In this document: in pieces, positions 1-11,629 of the stretch
How positions within the stretch are numbered: the first letter of the stretch is position 1
Layout: each line of letters opens with the position of its first letter
Source of the DNA: Eledone cirrhosa
Lineage: Eukaryota
Direction of reading: 5' to 3'
NCBI GenBank assembly: GCA_964016885.1
Contig: OZ024743.1
Span: 323,640,001 to 323,704,000 of the forward strand
DNA: 64,000 nt
The notes under the pieces: model-generated
The model's database searches: none
What the model was told of the DNA's origin: nothing
Seen by the model: only the letters and a program-made list of their open reading frames with translations
Made by a program: the position numbers and the translations under genes

Positions 1-192
1 TTATTGCTGGTTGTAAAATGCCTTAAATTAAAACTCTTACACAGTTATAGGAATATAACGTCTTAATTAAACAGTGGGAAGATGTTGTTTAGCCACAAGT
101 TAAACCTGGCTCAAAAAATCGATGTTCAAAAGTGCCACAATTATGACCATAACTCCTTTGAGGGGCATACAGGACTACATTATTTAATATGA

Positions 193-582
193 GGGCGGTG
201 GATTGGCAGTATCGGTAGAGGTTTGGAGGCCATGCTTTCTAACATAGTTACGTCCCTTTACGGTATGAGTTCAAATCCCGTCGAGGTTAGCTTTGCCTTT
301 CATCCTTACGGGGTCGATAAAATAAAGTACCAGTAATGTACTGAGTATTTGCTGGCCTTGTGCCAAAAGTAGAAACAATTATTTAATATGATAAGGGCGG
401 TGGATTGGCAGTATCGGTTGAGAGTCGGACGCCATGCTTTGCAGCATAGAGTTACGTCCCCTTTCCGTCTGAATTCAAATCCGACCGAGGTTAACTTTAC
501 CTTTCATCCTTATGAGGTCGATAAAATAAAGTACCATTAATGCACTGGGATAATTGCTGGCCTTGTGCCAAAAGTAGAAACA
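193..582 (+). mobile_element. two tandem tRNA-derived SINEs (193-377, 395-582)
   Basis: A box TGGCAGTATCGG, B box GAGTTCAAATCC, core gcctttcatccttacggggtcgataaaataaagtaccag (Meta-domain-like); ATTATTTAATATGA at 179, 378 and 583. Confidence 0.9.
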
Positions 583-966
583 ATTATTTAATATGACCTG
601 TTTTTATAAAAGTGTGCTTTTGAGGAAGATTTCGCAGCTATTTCTAGCATATCGAAGAATTACATAGAGGCCCCTTTCAATAGTAGGTGTCCTCACTGGA
701 AGTAGTTTAGTGCGGTGTCAATATAGGTCGAACAGACTTATGATCAAATCCAATCTTATTAATATATGTTGAGAAACAAGGACCTCATTGACCAGACGTG
801 TTTTTACAGTGATTTGATAAAGATTTGGCTGGTATTTTTAGCAGATTGAATAACCACATAGAGGTTCACCGAGTAATCTGGTTCAAACTGATTAATCATC
901 AGCCACTGGAACAGTTGTCATTCCGCATGGGGTCGTGCAAGATTTCACAAGTCCATCTACTTAATG

Positions 967-1004
<38 letters not shown>

Positions 1005-1198
1005 CACACACGGAGAGAGAGAGAGAGAGAGAGATGTATTTATGTATTTGTGTATATATTATGTCTGTACGTTAGCTATGGTGCATTTAACTATTAAATC
1101 GGTGTACACTTTCTCGCTTAGATGACCTAAGATTACACTGCCATGGTTCATATGCGTCTGTCTCCTATATTGCTCTTGGCATTTAATTGTCTCAAATC

Positions 1199-1319
<121 letters not shown>

Positions 1320-1642
1320 CGGAGAGAGTAAAGCACAGAATATATATGTGACTATCTTTCTCTTCTTCGCTCACATATTCCTGAGAGGATCGAGGGAAAA
1401 GAATCCTGAAACACCCCTTCCAGCGAGTCCTGTCAGAAATAACCACTACTTTAGCAGGCAGCTATTATTTCCAGATGCTTTGTCTGTTCCTGGTCGATTT
1501 ATATTTCAATCACTAGAGATGTTAACAACTAATGTGTGTTGTGCAGCTAAATGAGTAGCTGTTTCTAGTTTAGAAGTCACTGAAATATCTAGATCACTTC
1601 TTCTCAAGATAAGGAACGTTGGATTACAGAATCGAGCGTGCA

Positions 1643-1675
<33 letters not shown>

Positions 1676-1744
1676 ATGTATGTATGTATGTATGTATGTA
1701 TGTATGTATGTATGTATGTATGTATGTATGTATGTATGTATGTA

Positions 1745-2250
1745 TTGCCAGCGCTACTGGTAACATGTAACCCAGTACAACCTGAGCATGGTCGGGTCAC
1801 CGACGACTAAACCGGCAACCTCACCAAGCTTGCTTGGTGCGGAGGGTGATTTTGGACACCCTGTGGGATGTAAAACAAAATCCGTGAAAGAGCGCAGGAA
1901 CTCAGGAGAGTCAACGGCCATCCAATAAAGTTTTTTTTTTTATGTGGAGCAAGAGACTCCTTCCTAGTCTTCATGAAGACATCTCTCTATGAGAAGGTCA
2001 CTCTGATATAAACGACTTCGTTTGCATCCAATGATGTAGACGAGTTCTTCTTTTAGGGCAAATGCATTCGATGTTCAGAGAGTGGGGTTGGCCCCGTGCA
2101 AAGCCTTTCCTCACTTAAAAAAGCTTCAAGCACAGACATTACTTGATATATGACATTTTTTGCGATGCATGGTATTGCTGGCTATAGGCGAGTCCCATTA
2201 CATGACTAAAAAGCCACGTCCACAAACCTCGACTACGACACCATAAGGAT
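1745..2250 (+). mobile_element. second, more decayed copy of the RTE-derived non-autonomous family
   Basis: Colinear similarity to 24858-25390 (gctactggtaacatgta.cccagtacaacctg...ggagggtga.tttggaca...gactaaaaag.cac); follows (TATG)n. Confidence 0.75.
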
Positions 2251-2633
2251 GTAAAAATAAAACAATAGTGACTACATCATCTGTATATTTTGGTTAAAAT
2301 CAATTTTTCATAAGAAAAAAAGATGCTATTTTGCATCTCGTTTATCGAAATATATACGTTTGTTTATCTTTTGTTATTGTGTATGCAAAAATATCTGTAC
2401 ACGAATATATAATTATATATATATTAAAATAACAGATTAAAGTTTAAGCAAAGAATCTCTGCTTTCACCCTTAACGAGATCTTCTGAAACTAAAAAAATC
2501 AATCTGTGAACGCAGAAGTAATATTTTGAAAAACGTTACACACTATATATACATACACAATATATGATGGCTGCCCCCTCGTTATCGAGTATGGCCATTG
2601 CACAAAAAAAAAGAAAAAAAAAAAAAAAAAAAA

Positions 2634-2680
<47 letters not shown>

Positions 2681-2681
<1 letters not shown>

Positions 2682-5128
2682 CAGAAGATGCTGTTTGGAC
2701 AGCTTGAGGGGAAAGAAAGAGGCACCGACTTGATCCCTGGGGCGGAACAAGCTAAAACATTCTGGAGAGGAATATGGGAGCAGGATGTTAGACACAATGC
2801 CCAGGCAGGGTGGATTGAGACAGTACAGAGGGAGATCGGTGAGCAGGCACAGCAACAGACTGATTTGAGTATCACAGTTGAAACTCTTAAGGGGCAAGCC
2901 AAAAAACTAACCAACTGGAAATCACCAGGCCCAGATGGTGTGCAGGGGTATTGGATTAAACATTTAACATCCCTCCACCCGAAGCTGACGGCCATGTTCA
3001 ATGACTGCTTGGTGTCGGGTGAGGTGCCAGAGTGGTTGACAAAAGGTACCACAGTTCTGATAATGAAAGACCAAATCAAGGGTAATGATGTCACCAACTA
3101 TAGACCTATCACATGTCTGCCCGTAATGTGGAAACTGTTGACGAGCATTGTGTCTGAGGAAATCTACCATCACCTCCACACAAACAACTTGTTGCCGGAC
3201 GAACAGAAAGGATGCCGAAAGAAGTCACGTGGTACAAAGGACCAGTTGCTTATTGATAAGATGGTAATGGGGAATTGCAGGAGGAGACACACTGATCTTG
3301 CCATGGGATGGATAGACTACGGAAAGGCATTTGACATGGTGCCTCATTCCTGGATCACCAAAAGCCTGGAGATCTTCAGGGTGGCAGATAACATCAGACA
3401 GTTGCTGGGCAGGAGTATGGGGTCCTGGGAGACAGAGTTGACATCAACTGGAGTATCCTTGGGAAGCGTGAAGATCAAGAGAGGTATCTTCCAGGGAGAT
3501 AGCCTGTCCCCTCTGTTGTTTGTCCTTGCCCTGATGCCCTTGACCATTATGCTGCGAAAAGTGAGAGCAGGATACAAGTTGGGAAGGGGAGAGCTTACCA
3601 TCAATCACCTCCTCTTCATGGACGACCTTAAGCTCTTCGGGAAAAGTGAGAAGGAGTTGGATGTGCTTGTTGACACTGTCCGTATTTTCAGCAGTGATAT
3701 ATGTATGCAGTTTGGTATTGGTAAATGTGGAGTCATTGTGATGAGGAGGGGTAGGTTGAGCAGAAGTAACGGGATCCAGATACCAACAGGTGAGATGATA
3801 AAGGAAATTGACTCTGAGGAAGGATACAAGTATTTGGGCGTTCTGGAGGCTGATGGCATAAAGAACAAAAAAATGAAGGAATTGTTAAGAACTGAATACA
3901 TTCGGAGAGTAAGGAGCGTATTGAAGTCACATCTGAACAGCAGAAATGCCATAAGCGCAGTAAATTCCCGAGCTGTGTCTATTATTAGGTACAGTGCGGG
4001 AATTCTGAGATGGAATGTTGCTGAACAAAAAGAAATGGATAGGAAGACTAGGAAGCTATTGACTATCTACAACATGTTCCACAAGAGGAGTGATGTCGAT
4101 AGACTCTACCTAAGGAGATCTGAGGGTGGAAGAGGTCTTATCAGCATAGAGGACTGTGTTCAGATGGAGAAAAACAACCTATACAAATACGTGACCTATA
4201 GTAAGGAGCCAATGCTCAGAGCTGTACTGAAGGAGGGGACAGTAGGCCAGGGGATACCCAAGGAGGAAATAACATCAAGGAGGAAGAGCAGCCTTAAGGG
4301 AAAATCCCTTCATAGTACCTTCTTTGAGAAAACTGAATTTAGAGATCCACAGACATGGAACTGGTTGAGAAGAGGAGACCTCAAAAAGGCTACAGAAGGA
4401 ATGCTAATGGCTGCGCAGGAGCAGGCCCTCAAAACGAAGTGGTTGAAGCACCATATCTACAAGGAGGAGGCTAGCCCACTGTGCAGGATCTGTGGAGAGA
4501 GAGAGGAGACTGTGGCTCACATTGTGTCCGAGTGTAAACACCTAGCCCAGACCCACTATAAGGGCTGGAGACACGATGTGATGGGCAGGGTGATCCACTG
4601 GCACCTGTGCAAAGTAAACAATCTACCACATTCTGAGAAATGGTATGAGCATAGGCCAGAGGCGGTGATGGAGAACAATCAGGTGAAGGTGCTGTGGGAT
4701 TTTAGGATACAGACGGACAAAAAACTGGAACACAATAGACCTGACCTGGTGGTTGTGGACAAAGAAAAAAGATCGTGCCTGATTGTGGATGTGGCCTGCC
4801 CGTTCGACACGAGAGTGCAAGAGAAGGAGAGGGAGAAAATTAACCGATACCAGGACCTAAAGTGGGAGGTGAAAAGGATTTGGAACTGCCATGAAGTCAA
4901 AGTGATCCCGATTGTCATAGGCGCACTGGGGACTATCTCCAAAGGTTTCCAGGGATGGTTAAAGAAAATCGGCCCCTTCACGCTTTTTGGAACGCTTCAA
5001 AAGGCATGCTTGCTTGGAACGGCAAGAACCCTCCGATACGTCCTGAATATCTGAGGCTGCAGGTAGTGGCTTGATATTCAATCCAACGGACTTTCCAGTT
5101 AACCAACATCAATGACTGAGATTCAAGG
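2681..5128 (+). mobile_element. R4/Dong-like LINE inserted in (AAT)n
   Basis: Flanked by (AAT)n at 2634-2680 and (AAC/AAT)n at 5129-5193; Dong elements are known to target TAA microsatellites. Confidence 0.85.
2688..5054 (+). CDS. R4/Dong-type non-LTR retrotransposon ORF (RT + CCHC knuckle + restriction-like endonuclease), 5'-truncated
   Basis: NYRPITCL, DYGKAFD, GIFQGDSLSP, LFMDDLKL, YKYLG; CRIC-x8-H-x4-C; RHD; RPDLVVVD...IVDVACP (PD-D/ExK nuclease). The poly-K/N start of the listed ORF is microsatellite. Confidence 0.92.
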   Translation: MLFGQLEGKERGTDLIPGAEQAKTFWRGIWEQDVRHNAQAGWIETVQREIGEQAQQQTDLSITVETLKGQAKKLTNWKSPGPDGVQGYWIKHLTSLHPKLTAMFNDCLVSGEVPEWLTKGTTVLIMKDQIKGNDVTNYRPITCLPVMWKLLTSIVSEEIYHHLHTNNLLPDEQKGCRKKSRGTKDQLLIDKMVMGNCRRRHTDLAMGWIDYGKAFDMVPHSWITKSLEIFRVADNIRQLLGRSMGSWETELTSTGVSLGSVKIKRGIFQGDSLSPLLFVLALMPLTIMLRKVRAGYKLGRGELTINHLLFMDDLKLFGKSEKELDVLVDTVRIFSSDICMQFGIGKCGVIVMRRGRLSRSNGIQIPTGEMIKEIDSEEGYKYLGVLEADGIKNKKMKELLRTEYIRRVRSVLKSHLNSRNAISAVNSRAVSIIRYSAGILRWNVAEQKEMDRKTRKLLTIYNMFHKRSDVDRLYLRRSEGGRGLISIEDCVQMEKNNLYKYVTYSKEPMLRAVLKEGTVGQGIPKEEITSRRKSSLKGKSLHSTFFEKTEFRDPQTWNWLRRGDLKKATEGMLMAAQEQALKTKWLKHHIYKEEASPLCRICGEREETVAHIVSECKHLAQTHYKGWRHDVMGRVIHWHLCKVNNLPHSEKWYEHRPEAVMENNQVKVLWDFRIQTDKKLEHNRPDLVVVDKEKRSCLIVDVACPFDTRVQEKEREKINRYQDLKWEVKRIWNCHEVKVIPIVIGALGTISKGFQGWLKKIGPFTLFGTLQKACLLGTARTLRYVLNI

Positions 5129-5238
5129 AATAACAACAACAATAATAATAATAATAATAGCAATAATAATAATAACGACAACAACAATAATAATATACAT
5201 ATTCATATATATATACACACACACGCACGCACATAAGC

Positions 5239-5278
<40 letters not shown>

Positions 5279-5286
5279 GATAGCAA

Positions 5287-8200
5287 CTAACAGTGCTGCG
5301 ATCGAATGTGGCTTTTTAGCCCAGCCAATGATCCAAAATGTCTTGCACAGAGTCGGCAACCAAAACATTTACTGGGAATAGTCGGCTGTGGTTGGAGTTC
5401 GTGTACTTTTGCATGTCGCTTGAGTCCTCCTGCTGATTTACATTCTCTACCACATGTTTGGCAAGCATGATGAGTAGCATCTCCAACAGCAGCCTGGTAG
5501 TCAACCACTGGTCTTACTTTATGACTGCGAAGATGACTTTCGAGTCCAGCTTTGCTTAGGCAGAGTCTCGCACAGACGCTGCATGTCAGAAACATAGGAG
5601 GACCCTCGCCGTCTGGAAGTGCAACAGCAATACCCTTCCTCACGTCCCGCTTTACTTTCTCGTGTGCGATTCGAGATGCCTCAAAGGCAACTTTTCCCTC
5701 ATATACAGTCTTTCTCCATTTATTACGATCAGCAGCAATATTTTCCCATGTATCAGCAGAGATGTTAGCGTCTTTCAGAGAGGCCTTCAAGGAATCCTTA
5801 TACCTCTTTTTTGGTTTATGTGGCGGTCGTTTTCCTTTAACCAACTCTCCATAGAAGAGTTGTTTTGGTATTCTAGAATCCTTCATCCTGGCAAGGTGAC
5901 CACTCCAACGGAGTCGCTGCTTAAGCACAAGAGCTTCTATACTGTCACACATAGAGCTTTCCAAAATCTCGACATCACTGATGTGGTCCCTCCAGCGAAC
6001 GCCATGTATCCGTCTGAGACACATCTGATGGAAACGCTCCAATTGCTTAAGGTGGCGTCGATATGTGACCCAGGTCTCGCAGGCATAAAGAAGACAAGAG
6101 AGTACACATGCCCTGTACACCTTTACCTTTGTCCTCCTGCATATGTCTCGCCGACCCCAGAGTCGCCTTTCTAGCTTTCCGAAAGCATCACTTGCTTTCC
6201 TAATCCTAAGTGAGATTTCACTGTCAAGGTTGCCGTATCGATTGACAGTGCTTCCCAGGTAGACAAACTGATCAACCACTCCAAGTCGTTTGCCATACAC
6301 ATAGATGTTTGGTTCAGTGTACTGCCTACCAGGTGCAGGTTGGTACATGACGACGGTTTTCTTGAGACTGACAGTCAAACCCAGGGCAGTGCAAGCGTCA
6401 GAAAATACATTCAAAATGTGCTGCATATCACTCTCTGTGTGCGCTACAAGATCGCAATCATCTGCATACAAGAGGTCTCTTATGACTGATGTAAATACTT
6501 TTGTCTTCGCAGCAAAGCGCCTGATGTTAAATATGCTGCCTGAGGTTCGATATCGGATGTAAACACCATGCTCGCAATTCCTGAATGCAATACAGAAAAC
6601 CATTGCAAAGTATATGGCAAACAGGGTCGGTGCTGGAATATCCCCCTGTTTCACTCCATTTTTTACTGAGATAGGCTCCGACATGTTACCTCCGACATTA
6701 ACCCAAGCCTTCATGTCGTCATGGAAAGACCTAACTAAAGCAAGGAACTTATCAGGGCAACCAAGTTTCTGGAGAACCTTCCATAATGCATCTCTGTTGA
6801 CAGTATCGAAAGCCTTTGTCAGATCGACAAAAACCTGATACAGATCCAAGCCCTGTTCAATGCACTTCTCCTGGAGCTGTCTAGCTGAGAAGATCATATC
6901 AGTAGTGCCGCGTCCAACACGAAAACCAGATTGACTTTCAGGAAGGACACAATCTGCAATGTGTGTCAGCAGACGGTCCAGAAGCACCCTACATAAAACT
7001 TTCCCCACGACAGAAAGCAATGATATACCTCTGTAGTTCCCACAATCATTCCTGTTACCCTTTCCCTTGTACAAGACCACCATTACTGCATCTCTCCAGT
7101 CCTCAGGCACGGATTCATTAGCCCATATCCTTCCAAACAGAGAGTGAAGATGTTGCAGGAGTCTCTCACCACCATATTGTAGGAGCTCAGCATGTATGCC
7201 ATCCATACCTGGAGATCTTCCACTGTTCAGCTTCGAAATAGCCACTGCAACCTCCACAAGTGTCGGAGGCTCTGCGAGAGCTACTTTCACAGGACTTTCC
7301 GGAATGAGATTGAGGAAATCTTCACTGACGACAGACGGCTGATTCAAAAGATCATCAAAGTGCTCCCGCCACCTTCGTAGAATTCCCTGTGAGTCACGAA
7401 GAAGTTCTTTGCCATCCCTGCTGCGAATCGGTGTCACCAGAGAAGAAGACGGTCCATAAACCTCACGCAAGAGACTGTACAACAGCTTTGTGTTATTGCA
7501 ATCAGACGCAGTTTGTATCTCACCAGCCTTCTCACTCCACCACTGATCCTTCATCTGAGAAAGACTCCGCCTAACACGTGATTTTACATCCCTGAGCTCC
7601 TCATGCAACGTATTCCTCTCCTGTGGTCTTGCCGTCAAGTAGCGTGACAGAGCGCGCCTCTTATCAGCCAACAAGTCATCTATATGCACATCTTTCTCAT
7701 TAAACCAGTCCTGATGTTTTCTCTGCACCAATCCCAGAACACGTCTGCCTACATCATAAACCGACTTTTTAAGGGTCGGCCAATCCTCACCAAGATCTGC
7801 AGCCTGCATCTCTTCTTCCAATGTCCTCTTCACATTTTTATCCTTAAGACGAGCAGCATTCAATCTTTTGGGCAGGGTAACACCAGGAGCCCGGATTTTA
7901 CGTTTGGTGATTAGATTCACTTTTGCGCGTACCAGGCGGTGGTCCGTCCAGCACTCAGCTCCACGAAGAACACGAACACACCGCACATCCTGTCTGTCAC
8001 GCATCCTGACTAGGACGTAGTCCAAAAGATGCCATTCCTTAGATGCAGGATGCATCCATGTGGTCTTGAATTTGTTCTTTTGTTGGAACATGGTGTTGGT
8101 AACACACAGATCCAGCTCCTCACACATCTGCAGCAAGAGCATACCATTGCTGTTACACTTTCCCACCCCATGCCTTCCGATTACATTCCATGTGTTAAAA

Positions 8201-8832
8201 TCCCTACCCACTCTAGCATTAAAGTCACCAAGCACGATGACTTTGTCTGCCTGAGGGATATTTCTTAAAACACCTTTCAAGGCATGGTAAAAGGACAGTT
8301 TTTCTTCATCGACAGAATTCATAGTTGGAGCATACACACTCACCAGGGTAGCATATCTTCCCTTGTCCAGCGGAACTCTCATGGACATAAGACGCTCACT
8401 AATCCCCACTGGGAATTCTTCCAATTTATTCACCAGTACAGTCTTAACAGCAAATCCTACCCCAGCCTCTCTTCTGGTTCCTTCATCTCTTCCTTTCCAG
8501 AAGAATGTATATTCTCCACAAAATTCCGTAAGATGACCATCTCCAGCTAACCTCGTCTCAGACAAAGCCACGATGTCAAGATCGTAACGTCGAAGCTCCT
8601 TCGCAACAAGAGCGGTCCTTCGTTCAGGACGCTCCAAAGAATCCCTGTCAAGCAGCGTCCGTACGTTCCAGCAGCCAAGACTAAATGCCCTGTTTGGCTC
8701 TATTACAATGGCACGATGACGGGCGGGCCCAGGTTGTGATAACTTGGGGCCCCTGCCCTTATTGCCAATGATCTTTTTTGTTCCAGAACCCAAATTGGCA
8801 ATTATCTCGTTTACATTGTTCTGGAACATCAT
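5287..8832 (-). CDS. RTE-clade LINE ORF: AP endonuclease + reverse transcriptase + three C-terminal C2H2 zinc fingers (~1181 aa)
   Basis: WNVRTL, LSETR, YAPT, GDFNARVG, TDHRLV (APE); NYRGISLL, FVDLTKAFD, GVKQG, LYADD, YLGS (RT); CSVC..H..H, CQTC..H..H, CRLC..H..H. First plausible ATG is 8832; the upstream part of the listed ORF is microsatellite. Confidence 0.95.
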   Translation of the reverse strand: MMFQNNVNEIIANLGSGTKKIIGNKGRGPKLSQPGPARHRAIVIEPNRAFSLGCWNVRTLLDRDSLERPERRTALVAKELRRYDLDIVALSETRLAGDGHLTEFCGEYTFFWKGRDEGTRREAGVGFAVKTVLVNKLEEFPVGISERLMSMRVPLDKGRYATLVSVYAPTMNSVDEEKLSFYHALKGVLRNIPQADKVIVLGDFNARVGRDFNTWNVIGRHGVGKCNSNGMLLLQMCEELDLCVTNTMFQQKNKFKTTWMHPASKEWHLLDYVLVRMRDRQDVRCVRVLRGAECWTDHRLVRAKVNLITKRKIRAPGVTLPKRLNAARLKDKNVKRTLEEEMQAADLGEDWPTLKKSVYDVGRRVLGLVQRKHQDWFNEKDVHIDDLLADKRRALSRYLTARPQERNTLHEELRDVKSRVRRSLSQMKDQWWSEKAGEIQTASDCNNTKLLYSLLREVYGPSSSLVTPIRSRDGKELLRDSQGILRRWREHFDDLLNQPSVVSEDFLNLIPESPVKVALAEPPTLVEVAVAISKLNSGRSPGMDGIHAELLQYGGERLLQHLHSLFGRIWANESVPEDWRDAVMVVLYKGKGNRNDCGNYRGISLLSVVGKVLCRVLLDRLLTHIADCVLPESQSGFRVGRGTTDMIFSARQLQEKCIEQGLDLYQVFVDLTKAFDTVNRDALWKVLQKLGCPDKFLALVRSFHDDMKAWVNVGGNMSEPISVKNGVKQGDIPAPTLFAIYFAMVFCIAFRNCEHGVYIRYRTSGSIFNIRRFAAKTKVFTSVIRDLLYADDCDLVAHTESDMQHILNVFSDACTALGLTVSLKKTVVMYQPAPGRQYTEPNIYVYGKRLGVVDQFVYLGSTVNRYGNLDSEISLRIRKASDAFGKLERRLWGRRDICRRTKVKVYRACVLSCLLYACETWVTYRRHLKQLERFHQMCLRRIHGVRWRDHISDVEILESSMCDSIEALVLKQRLRWSGHLARMKDSRIPKQLFYGELVKGKRPPHKPKKRYKDSLKASLKDANISADTWENIAADRNKWRKTVYEGKVAFEASRIAHEKVKRDVRKGIAVALPDGEGPPMFLTCSVCARLCLSKAGLESHLRSHKVRPVVDYQAAVGDATHHACQTCGRECKSAGGLKRHAKVHELQPQPTIPSKCFGCRLCARHFGSLAGLKSHIRSQHC

Positions 8833-9009
8833 TGAATTGGGAAAAAAAAAAAAAAAAAAAAAAAAAAAAGGTAATAATAATAGTAATAATAATAATAATA
8901 ATAATAATATATACATATATATACATATATATATACACACACACACAGCGTCATAATGTCGTAATGCAGACAGCCAGACATACAGACAGATATTATAAGG
9001 TCGCAACGT

Positions 9010-9234
9010 TATATCTATGTATCTATCTAAAAAGAAAGACTAAGAATTATAGAGAGATCGCTAAATCGCCTAATGCGGTCCCTAGGGCATTGAAAATTTG
9101 AAATATGTTTTGCTCAAAACACTCACAGGACCATAAGTATTGCATGGGTAAAGTTTGAAAACAATAGGTTGGGTGGTTCTCGAGTTTTAGGGAGTCAGAC
9201 AGACTGACAGACAGACAGTCAGACAGACATTCTC

Positions 9235-9245
<11 letters not shown>
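9010..9245 (+). mobile_element. possible non-autonomous Helitron-like repeat
   Basis: aagtttgaaaacaataggttgggtggttctcgag...(GACA)n...tttatatata resembles Lep1/HINE-like elements; recognition only. Confidence 0.4.
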
Positions 9246-9282
<37 letters not shown>

Positions 9283-9299
9283 GCACTTACTCACACACT

Positions 9300-9433
<134 letters not shown>

Positions 9434-11162
9434 ACTTTGTTTCTTCAATTTTTTTATGATTTTTGTTGCTGTTCTTTTAAGCTTGACGCGATAGAAATAG
9501 TAGCCAAAGCTCCTTCATACCACTTCGTTGCGTCCTTTAAGCTTAACCCGATAGAAATAGTAGCTAAATCTTCTTCATATCACTTCGTTGAGTCTTAAAA
9601 AAAGACATAATGGTTAATCTAGCCTTAGATACACCATTGCCGAAAAAAAGGACGTGATAGCCATGGCTTGAAAGCTTTTGACTATAGAGATGTTAGATCA
9701 GGAACGAAGCTACAGCAACAGACATATGGTGAAATATTCTCACGATAGCTAATATCCAGTGGTAAATATTTTGAAAACTAAAGGGTTCACGACACCTTGA
9801 TATCACAGCATTTTTTACGAAGATTACCATGTCATCTAAATGAGTGTTTATCAACAAAATATCTTTAAAAAGTTATAGAAGGGAATTACTTTTTGTTGTC
9901 TAACCTGTACATTTTTAGAATATTTGACACAAAGAAATTCTTGTTGGACAGCTTTATGTATGCTAAGCAAATTTGTGTTTGCTTTTGATGAGTGTGAACA
10001 AATATTTTTACGGATGCGATTAAGAACGCAGGAGTCAAGGTAAAAACAAAACAAAACACCTGCGGCTGATTATTATATTTTCCCTAAACAATTACTCAAT
10101 GCTATAAGAGTCAGAACTAAACACCATTTAACCTGCTGTGAAAATATTGTTCTGTTGTCTTTCTGGAGCGGAAATATCTATTTGATGATATTCACAACTG
10201 CGTCTAAACTTGCTTACTGAAACACTCCAGTAAGACATATTTATAATATTAGAAGAGCTTTGTACAGATGTTAAGTTATACGAGTAAGACAATGCTTTCC
10301 CCAAAGATTATGGTGAATATAAAATTCCATTATTATTTAAATGTGATTTGCTACAATTTACTAACGATATTTTTTTAATCAGAAAAGAATGAAAAATAAG
10401 ATGTGATTTTATAATTACTATTTCGTCTTTCGTTTCGTTTATTAATTGATTTAGGTTGTTAATTAACTCTCGTACTTATTACAAAGACGGCGAACGTCGG
10501 ATAGAATGCTTTATGGTATTCGTTCCGGCCCTCTGCTCTCTGAGTTCAAATCTCACCGAGGTCAACTTTACCTTTGATCCTTTCGAGGTCGATAAAAAAA
10601 CGTACCAGAGTGGAATTTTCTCCTATATCTCTTTATCATTTCCTCTCTCTCACTTTCTATCTTTCTCTGGAAGAAATCTATTGTACTGAAGCAGGATGGG
10701 CTCCACCAGATTAAAATGCCCAAGAAACGCCGTATGTCAATACGGCGCCCCTACGACTCTATCAGGACTTACGGCACCTTACATACTTATTACAAGGTTT
10801 CTACTGACCTATTAGCATTGGAGTCTATCACATATTGCATAAATGAATATATATGGCATAAGAACATTTTATATATAAAGTCTATTTATACACATATGAC
10901 ATTTTTTAGAATCCTTACATATAGGAAAGAAACGTTTCATGTTAATTTTGTTAAAATAAGAGAGCATGTCATTAGTGCAAAGTAGTTGAGCTTTACGGTT
11001 GTCAAGAAAGGTTTTTTTTTGTTTTTACATTTAGCATAAATGAAGACTAGGTACAGGACTCTCTCTTGGCAATTGAAGCTATGAAATGTGAATTTTTTTA
11101 ATAAGTTCTTTTATCTGGGGACCATAAGAATGCCCTCGTTGATTTTTTTTCTGTGCTCAATC

Positions 11163-11447
11163 CAGGGAACTCTGTCGGTTACGACGACGAGTGGTTCAAA
11201 TGATTCGATCAAGGGAACAGTCTGCTCGTCAAATTGATGTGCATTCCACAGATACGTGTACTCATAACGTAGTTCTCAGGGAGATTCAGCGTGACACAGA
11301 ATGTGATAAGATTGGCCTTTCGAATTACAGCTATAACTCATTCATTCCTGCCAGCTGAGTGAACTGGAGCTAGTGTCTTGCTCAAAAACACAAGCGCAGT
11401 CGGGAATCGAACTCACTGAATACCCTAACCACTAGCTCACGCACCTT
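11163..11447 (-). mobile_element. second SINE family (CORE-like, tRNA head)
   Basis: gtgaactggagc...gtgtcttgctcaa...gggaatcgaactcac...taaccactag; relatives at 44465-44610, 52020-52290 and 62380-62600. Confidence 0.7.
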
Positions 11448-11629
11448 CTAAATTTAAGGAACTTACCACTTACGTAGCCAAAAGAGACATCTTTTTCCAA
11501 TGCCTTTAATTTTTATGATAAAATCAACTGATTTCGTAATATTTCGTCTTTTTAGTAACATGTAATATATTGATAGTATAAATATGATTATTTTTATATC
11601 AAAATAGATCATTAATTAATTAATCAAAA

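Larger units (their letters stand above)
2561..9000 (-). mobile_element. near full-length RTE LINE including its interrupted 3' UTR
   Basis: Contains ORF 5287-8832. A 3' terminus at 2561-2603 (minus: TGGCCATACTCGATAACGAGGGGGCAGCCATCATATA) matches the end of the RTE derivative at 25431-25467. The 5' boundary is uncertain. Confidence 0.7.

Noticed and set aside
193-290. tRNA gene
   Set aside because: A and B boxes belong to SINE heads; no cloverleaf, and followed by the SINE core.
2532-2560. Possible RTE TSD with 9005-9030 (aacgtta.a..tat.tat)
   Set aside because: Too diverged for an element with an intact ORF, and low complexity.
2964-8550. Short ORFs antisense to or overlapping the two LINE ORFs
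   Set aside because: Shadow frames with no recognisable motifs.
9475-9596. Small tandem duplications (also 12840-13045, 56755-56857)
   Set aside because: Ordinary local duplications with no functional signal.
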